NCBI GenBank assembly: GCA_913043025.1
Contig: CAJWLM010000008.1
Coordinates: 39,306-103,305 of the forward strand
Length of the DNA stretch: 64,000 bases
DNA from: an uncultured Rhodospirillaceae bacterium
GTDB lineage: Bacteria; Pseudomonadota; Alphaproteobacteria; UBA8366
Direction: 5' to 3'
The first letter of the stretch is position 1. Every line of letters begins with the position of its first letter. The position numbers and the translations under genes are program-made. A model generated the notes under the pieces. It was not told the DNA's origin and ran no database searches. It was given only the letters and a program-made list of their open reading frames with translations. Below, piece after piece: positions 37,590 to 47,162 of the stretch.

Positions 37590-38780
37590 TTGGTGATTCA
37601 GATGCAGATGAGACAACAAGAGCAGAATTTATTTGCAGAAATTCAAAAAAAGATTTCTGCCCTTACTGAAACGCAAAAAAACCTCTCTCGTGAAAATCAA
37701 ATTCTTCGCCAATATATATCTGAAAACCAAATCCAAGCAGAAAAATTTAATACCGAGTTGCAACATAAATTAGCCGATAATTATGCAGCAGCGCGAGAAG
37801 CCGACTATTATTACAATATCGATATCGTGGGTACGTGCTCAGTCCAATGCCCTTCATGCCCGGTTGGAAATTCTGCTGATGCCCCAACCCCCAAGGGAAT
37901 GATGAGCATCGAGACTTTTGAAGAGGTATTAGACAAAATTAAAATTGAAAGTCCAGGCGCACGTACATCAGTTGAACTCTACAATTGGGGAGAGTCGGCA
38001 TTACACCCTGACTTGCCTAAATTTATAGCAGCAGTCAAAAACCGAGGATTCATCTGCGGCCTCTCGAACAATTTGAATCACGTTCGGGATATGCGTGGAT
38101 TAGTCAAGGCAAAGCCGGACTATTTAAGGGTGTCCATATCAGGTTTTAAGAACGAAACCTATCAACAGACCCACAGGGGTGGCGATGTTAATAATGTTAA
38201 AGCTAATCTACACTTACTTCGCGCTACCATGGATAGCTACGGGCTTGACGTCACACAGGTAGAAATTGGTTATTTAGTTTACCGTCATAATTTTGATGAG
38301 GATTTCATAGCGATCAAACATCTATGCGATCAATTACATTTTTCATTCAATTGGACATTTTCGGTAATGATGCCGGTCGAGACTGCCATCAAGATAGCCG
38401 AAGGGAAAATACCAAAGAATGTAGAAGAAATTAATGATTTACTAGTCATTAATCCCGCCAAGTGGAAGGAGCTAACACTGCAATATCGCGATTACTTCAA
38501 AGAATGTGATATGAGACCTAATCGCACAGTGATAAACTTCGATAAATCAGTACCTTTGTGTTGCGGTACATATTTACCTGAAAATTATATTGCGCAAGAC
38601 TTTTTAAAAATCTCGCATAATGATTTACAGAAAAAGAAATATGAAAATGATCTGTGCGCAAAGTGTATGGAAAATATGGTAGACCACATGTTTACATGTG
38701 TGAGACCGCCCGAAGTAGATGATTATGCGTATAAAGAATTAAGCAAATTAGGAACGTTTACGGGGAAAAATGGACGTTAA
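37590..38780 (+). CDS. Radical SAM protein with an N-terminal Q/E-rich coiled-coil; paralog of 40795-42798
   Basis: 396 aa. Contains NIDIVGTCSVQCPSCPVGN (CxxxCxxC). The N-terminus is MQMRQQEQNLFAEIQKKISALTETQKNLSRENQILRQYISENQ. The start codon is TTG, with ATG alternatives at 37602 and 37608. Confidence 0.75.
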   Translation: MVIQMQMRQQEQNLFAEIQKKISALTETQKNLSRENQILRQYISENQIQAEKFNTELQHKLADNYAAAREADYYYNIDIVGTCSVQCPSCPVGNSADAPTPKGMMSIETFEEVLDKIKIESPGARTSVELYNWGESALHPDLPKFIAAVKNRGFICGLSNNLNHVRDMRGLVKAKPDYLRVSISGFKNETYQQTHRGGDVNNVKANLHLLRATMDSYGLDVTQVEIGYLVYRHNFDEDFIAIKHLCDQLHFSFNWTFSVMMPVETAIKIAEGKIPKNVEEINDLLVINPAKWKELTLQYRDYFKECDMRPNRTVINFDKSVPLCCGTYLPENYIAQDFLKISHNDLQKKKYENDLCAKCMENMVDHMFTCVRPPEVDDYAYKELSKLGTFTGKNGR

Positions 38781-38940
38781 AACAAACTGAGTGCGTTGAA
38801 TATTTGCAGTTCATAACACGGATATAGGACGAGAAAGATTCTTAATTCATTAACTGTAAAATAAGGGTATTTGCAAAGAGTAAAAAGAATTCCCTGTCAG
38901 CGCAGCACAAACTTAATGGCAAAGAATTGATAAATAAGCC

Positions 38941-40752
38941 TCAAAGACACTTATCAGCCAAATCGATTACCGAGACACGAGAACCATCACAGAACAACTC
39001 CCACATTTTTTTTAGTCCTAACTGCACCGAGCGTGAAAAATGATCCGCGTCACAAAGAGAAGAACACTCTGTTTTTGAGGGTAATGTTTTCCTTAACTGA
39101 CGAAGCGCATCAGGTTTCTTAGCGAGGGTCCTTGCCAAATTTATATATTCGTCAACTGAATTTGTTGAAAACTCTTCAAGATTAATTGCTTCATAAATCG
39201 TTCTGCCTGTTCGAGACACTATCCTATTATCGTAACACCAATTTATAACTGGAACTCCATGGCAGAGAGCTTCCAGAGTGGTACACCCCCCCTGCTCAGG
39301 TATCGTGTCGAGTGCTATATCAATTTTATGATAAATATCTAAGTGTGAAATCTGGTCGGTTTGACCGAAGAAAGATAGACGGTCAGCTGCGATATTCTTT
39401 TTAGAGAAAAAAGACAAAACCCTCTGTTGAATTAGGGTTTCATCAAATTGGCCTCCTTTTAAGATCAATCGAGAATTGGGCACGGATGCCAACACATCGG
39501 ACCAGACCTCTAAACAAAGCGGCGTAACTTTTACGAATCGATTGAGGCTACCGAAAGTTATGAAGCCCTGGCTATCGAATGGCAAGTCTGACACATTTTT
39601 ACCATTAATTGGTGACGTCCAACAAAAATATGGCCCATCAGCCAACACCATAGCGCCATTGTACGCATGGAAGGTTTCCTTTGGAACAACACTGCGATCA
39701 AACCAGAAATAATCAAATTCACTGGTCCCTAAAGGTAAACTCGCGGCCTCGACTTGAATTGGAGCAGCTCGGCCTGCATACACCCGCACGCGAGGACGAT
39801 CGCCGATTGCCCCCAAATGTATAAGGATATCAATTTTATCCTCTCTCACCCTAGATAGAACTTCCTCATCAGTAAGGTTAGAAATTTGATATTGGTGATC
39901 AAAAACATCCGTAAAATCGGAAACAGTGCCAAAGCAAACGTCGCCGTCAATATACCCAAATAATTCGAAATTGTTTTTATCATAGCCGTAAAACCATGCC
40001 CCCCAGATGTAGAGCAATGTATTTGCGTCAACTAATTCAAGCGGCAAAAAACCAATGCGCAGTCGTCTGTCCTTCGCTTTTTTAACAGTCGCATAGTCAA
40101 AGTCCGGCACGACGCCGTAATTATACTTTTGGAGATTTTCTAATCCGGAAAAATGACTTGATTGCTCTGGAGACCGCAATGAGGTCTCGGCAAAGTGAAA
40201 GTATAATGCTTCGGGAGAAGCCTCAGGCCTTTTAATAAGAGGCTCGAGTAAATCCATACCCTCAGTATGGAAACCACGAGTAAGAACAACATATGCAATA
40301 CGAAATCGAAGTGCATCCAATTCCAAATCTTGCATCGCAAGAAAATGCTTTGCTCCATCAAGGGCTACTTCAATATTCCCCTGATGTAATAGCGTAGCGA
40401 GAACACCAACTAACTTTTCGTGAAAATATGATAAGTCATTGCCCTGAATCGCATGCTTTTTTAGTACAAAGCAAGCGGCTGAAAACTTTCCTTGCATTAA
40501 GAGTGAATCAAACCAAAATCTTAATGCAAGCGAATCTGTGTTCTGAGGTTGTTGAGTACAAATCTTTTCGAAATAGCCTTCTGCTTTTGTTGGCTGCTGC
40601 TTTTGCAGATAAATTAATCCAATCAACAATAGCGCTTGGGCCTGACTTGGTTCAGATGATAAAACGTCCAGCAACAAAGTCTCTGCGACATCAAGTTTTC
40701 CTACTTTCTGATATTTTATAGCCGATTCTACTTTTGAAAGCTGATCATTCAT
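38941..40752 (-). CDS. TPR + GT41 (O-GlcNAc-transferase/SPINDLY-like) glycosyltransferase
   Basis: 603 aa with N-terminal TPRs. The C-terminal ITFGSLNRFVKVTPLCLEVWSDVLASVPNSRLILKGG and DIALDTIPEQGGCTTLEALCHGVPVI match the OGT/SPY catalytic-domain signatures (F.xFN...K..P....W..IL..VPNS.L.L and D..LDT.P..G.TT). Confidence 0.8.
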   Translation of the reverse strand: MNDQLSKVESAIKYQKVGKLDVAETLLLDVLSSEPSQAQALLLIGLIYLQKQQPTKAEGYFEKICTQQPQNTDSLALRFWFDSLLMQGKFSAACFVLKKHAIQGNDLSYFHEKLVGVLATLLHQGNIEVALDGAKHFLAMQDLELDALRFRIAYVVLTRGFHTEGMDLLEPLIKRPEASPEALYFHFAETSLRSPEQSSHFSGLENLQKYNYGVVPDFDYATVKKAKDRRLRIGFLPLELVDANTLLYIWGAWFYGYDKNNFELFGYIDGDVCFGTVSDFTDVFDHQYQISNLTDEEVLSRVREDKIDILIHLGAIGDRPRVRVYAGRAAPIQVEAASLPLGTSEFDYFWFDRSVVPKETFHAYNGAMVLADGPYFCWTSPINGKNVSDLPFDSQGFITFGSLNRFVKVTPLCLEVWSDVLASVPNSRLILKGGQFDETLIQQRVLSFFSKKNIAADRLSFFGQTDQISHLDIYHKIDIALDTIPEQGGCTTLEALCHGVPVINWCYDNRIVSRTGRTIYEAINLEEFSTNSVDEYINLARTLAKKPDALRQLRKTLPSKTECSSLCDADHFSRSVQLGLKKMWELFCDGSRVSVIDLADKCL

Positions 40753-40794
40753 ATAAATTGCTCGCGCGGCATTGTGAGCACTTTTTTTATGAGA

Positions 40795-42798
40795 TCAACG
40801 GCCATCTTTCCCAACAAACGCACCTTTTTCAGATAGTGTCTTATATGCTTTTCTTTCACCCATTTCTGGGTGAACGCCTGAATAAAAGAAATAGGCGTTT
40901 GACTCCATACAATCTCCACAAAGACTGTGGTCGGAGCGGCATTTCTGTATGTCATCGTGCGATACTTCAAGAAAATCTTTTACTGTAATATTGTCGTAAG
41001 AATAGGACGCGCAGCAAATAGGAACTGTACCATCAAAATTAATTGCCATTCGATGCTTTTTTAAGTGGCATTCACCTGGAACATTCTTGCGGAAGGCGCC
41101 TGAAGCATCAACCAGCTCTTTCCATTCACGGGGATCTACAGGTAAATTTTCAAAAATTTCTTTATCAGCCTGGTCATATTCTCCGCGAATGGCTGTGATG
41201 GTTTTTTCGACTGGCATGTAAACAGCGAAGATCCAATCGAAATGAAAATCAAGTTCTTCTGCCAATAAACGCATTCGCACAAAATCATCTGAAAAATTAT
41301 GCTTGTACACCATATACCCAATTTCAATCGCCGTTTTCGATTTGGTCCGGTCTAAGACATGACGCAACAAATGCATATTCGATTTTACAATATTGATGTC
41401 ACCACGGGTATGAGTTTGCATATGAGTTTCATTGCTAAATCCCGACAGCGATATTCTCAGGGCATCTGGCTCCGCCCCGATAATTTCCTCTAGCTTTTTT
41501 CGGCTCAAATTATGGTTCAAATTGCTAGACAAACCGACAAGGAAGCCATATTCACGAGTTTTTTTTATGAATTCGGGCAACTTTGGATGGAGCAGCGATT
41601 CCCCCCAATTATGTATATCTATCGCTATGCTAACACATGGATCATGAGATTTTTTTATCTTCGCTAAGATTTTTTCATATTTATCCAAGTCCATAAATCC
41701 CTTTGGAATCCCACCATCATCAAAGTTTCCAACAGGGCATGAGGGGCACCGTAGATTACAAGTACCAACAATATCAATGTTGTAGTAAAAGTCTGCTTGC
41801 CGCGCAGCATAGTACTTTTCTCGCAACTGCTCCATTTTATGAGCATCGAACCGAACCGATAATAATCGGTCGAGTTCCGAATTATCTAACTTTGGCAAGT
41901 GCCATAGAGCACGGGTCGCCAAATCATTATTAGGTTGTAATTCGACTACCCGCTCAAACGCCGTGATGGCCTCCCTTATGGCGGCTGATGCATAAAGACT
42001 TTGAGCAGTCATTGCCCATTGAACAATGTCATCAGCAGCCTGACCATATAAATGTGCGATTGCCAGATGTGCATCCTGATCTCGATAACTTAACTCAGGA
42101 GGGTTAATCACCTCAAAGATAGGAAGCTGTGGCTGCTGAAAAGCTGGCGTTTCCCTTGCCAAATCCGTCAAATAGGGGTTTTTGCGGATACTTAAGATAC
42201 AGTCAATCAAATGGGTCGCAATAGTATCCTTAGGCAGGTCAAAATTATTAAAAACATCTGAGTCTATGAATTGTGCGGTTTCAAGATTCTTAAGGGCTAA
42301 GCGCACGTAATCACACTCAGCCGCGAAAATACCAATCACACAATAGGTTTCGGCAAGACTTGGAAGCTTTTTCAAAAATATGTTGTGTTGATTAACGCCG
42401 GATTCCGCGCATTTTTTTTCGCTGCCAAACCATTGGTAAAGAGGCCTTGCGATTTCTTCGTATTCAGTCGAAATACCGCGCCCTTGTTCACGGGCTTTAT
42501 CGAGTGCTTTGAGAAAAAGCTTGATCTGCCCTAACTCAAGAGAAATGATCGCTGCTTTTAATAAAGTATCAGGTTCCAAAGACGCTTTAATAATCTCAGC
42601 CATCAAATGATGTGCTTTGTCTAAAATCCCCTTTTCTAGGTACTCCCGCGCCATGGCTATTAGGTCGATTTCACTGGAGCTTGATGTTATCTCAGAAGCC
42701 GTCTCTCTTTCAGATTTTTCTTCGGTCGAACCATAGAGATCGGCGGTCCTATTGCTATCCGTTTCAGTGATTATTTCTGCAACATTTTGATACGACAT
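40795..42798 (-). CDS. Radical SAM protein with a long N-terminal helical-repeat (TPR-like) region; paralog of 37590-38780
   Basis: 667 aa. Contains NIDIVGTCNLRCPSCPVGN. It is collinear with the 396-aa paralog through to the C-terminus (..SEKGAFVGKDGR versus ..SKLGTFTGKNGR). Confidence 0.75.
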   Translation of the reverse strand: MSYQNVAEIITETDSNRTADLYGSTEEKSERETASEITSSSSEIDLIAMAREYLEKGILDKAHHLMAEIIKASLEPDTLLKAAIISLELGQIKLFLKALDKAREQGRGISTEYEEIARPLYQWFGSEKKCAESGVNQHNIFLKKLPSLAETYCVIGIFAAECDYVRLALKNLETAQFIDSDVFNNFDLPKDTIATHLIDCILSIRKNPYLTDLARETPAFQQPQLPIFEVINPPELSYRDQDAHLAIAHLYGQAADDIVQWAMTAQSLYASAAIREAITAFERVVELQPNNDLATRALWHLPKLDNSELDRLLSVRFDAHKMEQLREKYYAARQADFYYNIDIVGTCNLRCPSCPVGNFDDGGIPKGFMDLDKYEKILAKIKKSHDPCVSIAIDIHNWGESLLHPKLPEFIKKTREYGFLVGLSSNLNHNLSRKKLEEIIGAEPDALRISLSGFSNETHMQTHTRGDINIVKSNMHLLRHVLDRTKSKTAIEIGYMVYKHNFSDDFVRMRLLAEELDFHFDWIFAVYMPVEKTITAIRGEYDQADKEIFENLPVDPREWKELVDASGAFRKNVPGECHLKKHRMAINFDGTVPICCASYSYDNITVKDFLEVSHDDIQKCRSDHSLCGDCMESNAYFFYSGVHPEMGERKAYKTLSEKGAFVGKDGR

Positions 42799-43011
42799 AT
42801 GCAGTTGTCTCCGGCTTATTGATCAATACATAGCCACCTTGGCAGCCGATAGTCACCAGCTCCGCAACGGGGAGAAGAGCAACCTGAATAGGTTGTCCTT
42901 TTAATGACCGGACGAAACTGTATTAAAAGCTTGCAAATTTCACACCAAGTAGGAGGATCTGTATAAATTTGTATACGTGCTATAGAAGGTTATTTGGTTG
43001 AGGAAAGTTCC

Positions 43012-43851
43012 ATGAAAATCTTGTTACTCGGAAACCGCGGTCAGTTTGGTACTGCATTCGAAAAAATATGTAGAATGCGGGGGATCGAATGTATTGCTCC
43101 TAGCCACTCTGAATTAGATGTAACGCAACCTCAGAAGATATCCCTTGCGCTTTCAAAGGAAGCACCAGATGCCGTCGTTAATTCCACTGGAATCATAGAC
43201 ATAGGCGAATGCGAATCATGTCCATTAGATGCCTACAAAGTGAATGCGCAAGCTTCGCTATACCTCGCTGAAGCGACAGTAGAGAAAAAGATCACCCTAG
43301 TTCAGACCAGCACACATCTGGTTTTTGACGGTAAAAGCCACCAACCATACACCGAGTATGACCTTCCATCGCCAAACACCGTATATGCAGCAACCAAGCT
43401 TATAAGCGAGCATTACGCAATAACTCGAAACCCCAAAAGTTATGTTGTGCGTTTTCCAACTCTTTTTGGCCATCGACGTAATGAAAAATCAGGTTTCGTT
43501 GAGAAAATGATCACAAAATTAATAGCTGGAGATCCTCTTAGGATCGCTGATGACCGGATGGATTGCCCAACCTGGTCAGAAGACGCCGCACGCGAAGTAG
43601 CCGAAATAGTTGTTAGTCGCGCTAACTTCGGACTTTACCATGTCGCTAATCGCGGTGCTGTGAGTTATTTCGATTTCATTGCTACATTGGCAAAATTCTT
43701 GAATAGCCAAAGCGGCATAGAAGCTGCAAAGGATAAAGAGTTTACAGCAAGACCACCAAAACCACTCCGTCTTGCTATTTCTTCAGACAAACGACCAGCA
43801 CTCCGACCGTGGCCAGAAGCTTTGCAAGAATATTCAGAAGTCTACAGGTAA
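43012..43851 (+). CDS. RmlD-like NAD(P)-dependent sugar-nucleotide reductase (dTDP-4-dehydrorhamnose reductase family)
   Basis: Contains MKILLLGNRGQFG, SELDVTQ and STHLVFDG..PYTEYD..SPNTVYAATKLISE (YxxxK). I prefer the ATG at 43012, preceded by GAGGAAAG, over the track start at 42994. Confidence 0.75.
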   Translation: MKILLLGNRGQFGTAFEKICRMRGIECIAPSHSELDVTQPQKISLALSKEAPDAVVNSTGIIDIGECESCPLDAYKVNAQASLYLAEATVEKKITLVQTSTHLVFDGKSHQPYTEYDLPSPNTVYAATKLISEHYAITRNPKSYVVRFPTLFGHRRNEKSGFVEKMITKLIAGDPLRIADDRMDCPTWSEDAAREVAEIVVSRANFGLYHVANRGAVSYFDFIATLAKFLNSQSGIEAAKDKEFTARPPKPLRLAISSDKRPALRPWPEALQEYSEVYR

Positions 43852-43856
43852 GTTCA

Positions 43857-45050
43857 ATGTCCAACACTAAAATCAAAGAAAATGATTGCTGCAAAATATG
43901 CGGAAGCAAGAAACTTGAAGCACTCATAAAGCTGCCAAATTTCCCAATTACCGGTGTTTTTGTAGGTGAAAGCCTTCCAGGCCCTATACGAGGTTTTGAC
44001 CAGACCCTTATGATGTGTTGCGATTGCTTGCATATGCAACTGTCCCATATTATTCCGCCGGCACAGCTGTATGGTGATGATTATACACATCGCTCAAGCG
44101 CGAGCCATATCACTCCTACTGCGTTTTCTGATATTCTTAGATATTTAAATGAACTAAAACCAGGTCAACGCTTTCGATCGATTTTAGAAATTGGATGCAA
44201 CGATTTAATGCTCCTCACAAAACTGTCCCAATTAGCAGACCAGGTTGTCGGCATAGACCCAATCTGGATCGGGAAGGAAGATGATGCTGAAAAAGCTGAA
44301 AATATGACAGTGATTGGAAATTATTTAGAAAAAGTTCAACTGTCGAAGGAACTCACAATCTCTCCAGACATCGTAATTTCAACCCATAATCTCGAGCATA
44401 TCGAGGAACCCATGGTGCAAATTCGCCGCCTTTTGGAAGCTGCAGACGATGATGCAATATTACTAATTGAAGTTCCCGACAGCGAAATTATGGTTCGCAA
44501 TCTTCGATTTGATCAAGTTTTTCACCAGCACATTCATTATTTTAATATTTCGACCTTCCTCAAAATGTTGGAAGTAGCAGGTGGTTATTATTTCAGCCAC
44601 CGAGTCCATCCGGGGAACTGGGGCGGCACCATCGCTGTGGCATTTACAAAAAAACCTAATGGCGTAAAAGTGCCACAGACTGAGCCTATCCCCGCAGAAA
44701 AAGTTAAAAAGCAATTCGACTTGTTCAAGCGAAAAATGTTGGATTTTACCCAGGCCATTGGGGGCCTTGAGGGCCCTGTGTACGCTTATGGGGCAGCCCA
44801 AATGCTACCAACGCTCGCATATCATATGGAGAGTAATCTCGCATTTTTGGATGGTATACTCGATGACTGTAAATTCCGACCTGGTCTTACCTACCCCCAT
44901 ATCCCAGTGCGCATAAAGCGGCCAGAGGAAGTTGACGATATTAATGATGCGACAGTTATAATAACAGCATTGGATGCAGTTCGCCCTATCACTAAACGCC
45001 TGCGGGATTTTGGCCCCGCATACATTACAACTCCTGTTCAATTTTATTAG
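43857..45050 (+). CDS. NDP-sugar C-methyltransferase (TylCIII-type: Zn-ribbon + SAM MTase + C-terminal domain)
   Basis: N-terminal Cys pairs are CCKICGS ... CCDCLHMQL. The SAM motif is ILEIGCNDLMLL. Length (~397 aa) and layout match sugar 3-C-methyltransferases. I prefer the ATG at 43857 over the GTG at 43809, which would overlap the upstream gene. Confidence 0.7.
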   Translation: MSNTKIKENDCCKICGSKKLEALIKLPNFPITGVFVGESLPGPIRGFDQTLMMCCDCLHMQLSHIIPPAQLYGDDYTHRSSASHITPTAFSDILRYLNELKPGQRFRSILEIGCNDLMLLTKLSQLADQVVGIDPIWIGKEDDAEKAENMTVIGNYLEKVQLSKELTISPDIVISTHNLEHIEEPMVQIRRLLEAADDDAILLIEVPDSEIMVRNLRFDQVFHQHIHYFNISTFLKMLEVAGGYYFSHRVHPGNWGGTIAVAFTKKPNGVKVPQTEPIPAEKVKKQFDLFKRKMLDFTQAIGGLEGPVYAYGAAQMLPTLAYHMESNLAFLDGILDDCKFRPGLTYPHIPVRIKRPEEVDDINDATVIITALDAVRPITKRLRDFGPAYITTPVQFY

Positions 45051-45062
45051 GCGTAAGAGTGG

Positions 45063-46190
45063 CTAAATAAAGTTTACATGCTGCGGGGTAAAGTCTGGCT
45101 CTTTGAGATCCTTCGGCTGGCCATTAATATCTGACAAAAATCTATTCAAATAATGTTGCCGACAATTGCTCTCACAATCTTTGTTAACATTTACCGCTTG
45201 CACACGCTGTTGCACTTCCCAATACCGTTCTGATTCAAAAATTTCTTTAAACGATTGTTCAATAATATTGCCCATGAGAAATTCCTCTTGGCGCACATCG
45301 AACCAATGACCGCAAGGGAAAACGTTACCCGTGCCACTAACAGCAATTAAAAATTGGGTGCCGAAACAAACATTATAATCTTTGTGACCCAAATTTCCTA
45401 ACTTCACGATTTTTGGTATGACCTCGTAGCCCGGCTTAGAAAATTTCTTAGCCTCCATGAAAACGTCCCAATTATCAATGTATTCTTCCTTTGGCGAATC
45501 GAGTTTATAATCCGACGTATCAGAACATGGCTTAATAACAAAATAATCAGCATCAAGCTGGTTACCCAGCTCAGCAAGAGGAACTACTTGATCGAAGTTT
45601 TCTTTGGTCATCACCATCTGCAAGCCAATTGTGCACGGATAACCATATTTTTTCTTCGCTTTAACCATACGGTCAATATTATCCAAAACCCGGTCATATT
45701 GCGGGACTTGGTGTATCTTTTCGAAAGCCTCTTTAGTGCCCGCACTGATATTTATCCTTAGCCACGTCAAACCAGTCAAAAGGCTTTCGAGCTCAACTGG
45801 ATCCCTCGGTATTCGAATTCCATTAGTGGCGAGCCCCAAATCGAGCCCAATCCCTTTTGCATAATCAACCGACTTACAGAGTGCTGGATTCAGGGTGTTT
45901 TCACCCTCGCCTATCAAAGCAATTGAACGAATTCCAATATCTTTAGCGTCTTTGAAGAAGCGCAAAATAGCCTCCTCAGGCATGTTGAAACGTCCCTTTA
46001 TATCAGTTCCGAAACCTGTCCGCCCTTGAATGACACCATAACAGTAGGTGCAAGCCATATTGCAGCCGGCACTTATACCCATGTCAACGTGGAGGGGCGC
46101 CACCCTCTCTCCAGCCTGCCACTGAGAGACACGATCCAGGTGCCACATCAACTTGTGACCATCCATATTATAACTATCGCGTTCCTGCAT
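45063..46190 (-). CDS. Radical SAM protein (sugar-cluster type, Cys-containing C-terminal region)
   Basis: 375 aa. Contains GISAGCNMACTYCYG (CxxxCxxC) and IALIGEGENTLNP (GGE-like). C-terminal cysteines are at VFPCGHW and NKDCESNCRQH. Confidence 0.75.
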   Translation of the reverse strand: MQERDSYNMDGHKLMWHLDRVSQWQAGERVAPLHVDMGISAGCNMACTYCYGVIQGRTGFGTDIKGRFNMPEEAILRFFKDAKDIGIRSIALIGEGENTLNPALCKSVDYAKGIGLDLGLATNGIRIPRDPVELESLLTGLTWLRINISAGTKEAFEKIHQVPQYDRVLDNIDRMVKAKKKYGYPCTIGLQMVMTKENFDQVVPLAELGNQLDADYFVIKPCSDTSDYKLDSPKEEYIDNWDVFMEAKKFSKPGYEVIPKIVKLGNLGHKDYNVCFGTQFLIAVSGTGNVFPCGHWFDVRQEEFLMGNIIEQSFKEIFESERYWEVQQRVQAVNVNKDCESNCRQHYLNRFLSDINGQPKDLKEPDFTPQHVNFI

Positions 46191-46401
46191 AAAACATCTC
46201 CATCAACAAGCAGCCAAACCCTCGTCAGATATTTAAAAAATACTACAGCCTTTTAAAACTCTAGAAATTTCGTAATCAGAGACTAGTGAACCTAACATGG
46301 CCTACTCTTCCCCTGGTACATAAAATTCGAAAACAAGATATTTTCCCAAAATCATTCTGTATATGTTGTGACTTCTATCTCGCTTATTTTGTATAAACAA
46401 T

Positions 46402-47136
46402 TTATGCCACACATAATGTGATCAAATAATGTGCCATTTTATCAAAACCGGTATGCACAACCTCGTCGTTCATTGAAAATAAGAAAACATTACTAAAATG
46501 ATTTTCTAAAGTTGAAACAAGCCGATCAGGAGAGAAAAGATTTATGTGCCCAATCTGGCTACGTTCCGACGCATAGTCACTTGCATGCAAACTGGGAGTG
46601 CCAATTATTGCCACCCCCCCTTCTTTCAAACAGCTTCTGCAATTTGTCAGAAATGCCAACTCCTCTTCGCCCCTCGGAAGATGCTCGATTACATCTAAGC
46701 AAACCAGGCCATCGAAAGCACTCTTTGCCTCACCGTCATTAGCAAAATCACGTGCTTCGTAGGAAAGGCGTCCTCGATCATGAGGATGCTGCTCCTCAAA
46801 TGGTATCAATAAGTTTTTCCGTGCATATGTTATCTGCGATTCATCAAAATCGTAGCCTACAACTTGGGCATCGGTTTCTCCCGCCAGCATTAAGGCACCT
46901 ATACCCTCGCCGCAGCCAACCTCAATTATACGTTTTTTATTCTTGAGCATTTTTGACGCAAATTTGTACCGCGAAAGCACAAAGGTGAAGCATTTTGGAT
47001 CTTTAAGAAGAAAATAACTATAGATCGGGCCAAGCTTGAGATTCTGATCAATATTCAGTGCAGTTACTTTTTCCCATTGGGCTTTGGGATCAGTCATGGC
47101 AAACTCTTTGTTCTGATGGACTATGTTTATAGGCAT
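46402..47136 (-). CDS. Class I SAM-dependent methyltransferase
   Basis: Motif I is IIEVGCGEGIGALMLA and the post-I motif is VVGYDFD, followed by LVCLDVIEHL. The start is at 47136 or at ATG 47097. Confidence 0.8.
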   Translation of the reverse strand: MPINIVHQNKEFAMTDPKAQWEKVTALNIDQNLKLGPIYSYFLLKDPKCFTFVLSRYKFASKMLKNKKRIIEVGCGEGIGALMLAGETDAQVVGYDFDESQITYARKNLLIPFEEQHPHDRGRLSYEARDFANDGEAKSAFDGLVCLDVIEHLPRGEEELAFLTNCRSCLKEGGVAIIGTPSLHASDYASERSQIGHINLFSPDRLVSTLENHFSNVFLFSMNDEVVHTGFDKMAHYLITLCVA

Positions 47137-47162
47137 ATTAATAAATAACTATTAAGGATGCG

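Noticed and set aside
40734-40988. Short ORFs (84 aa + strand, 73 aa - strand) at the junction between the 667-aa radical SAM gene and the GT41 gene
   Set aside because: They overlap the well-supported 3' end of the radical SAM gene, whose C-terminus is conserved with its paralog, and the GT41 start region. They show no independent coding signal.
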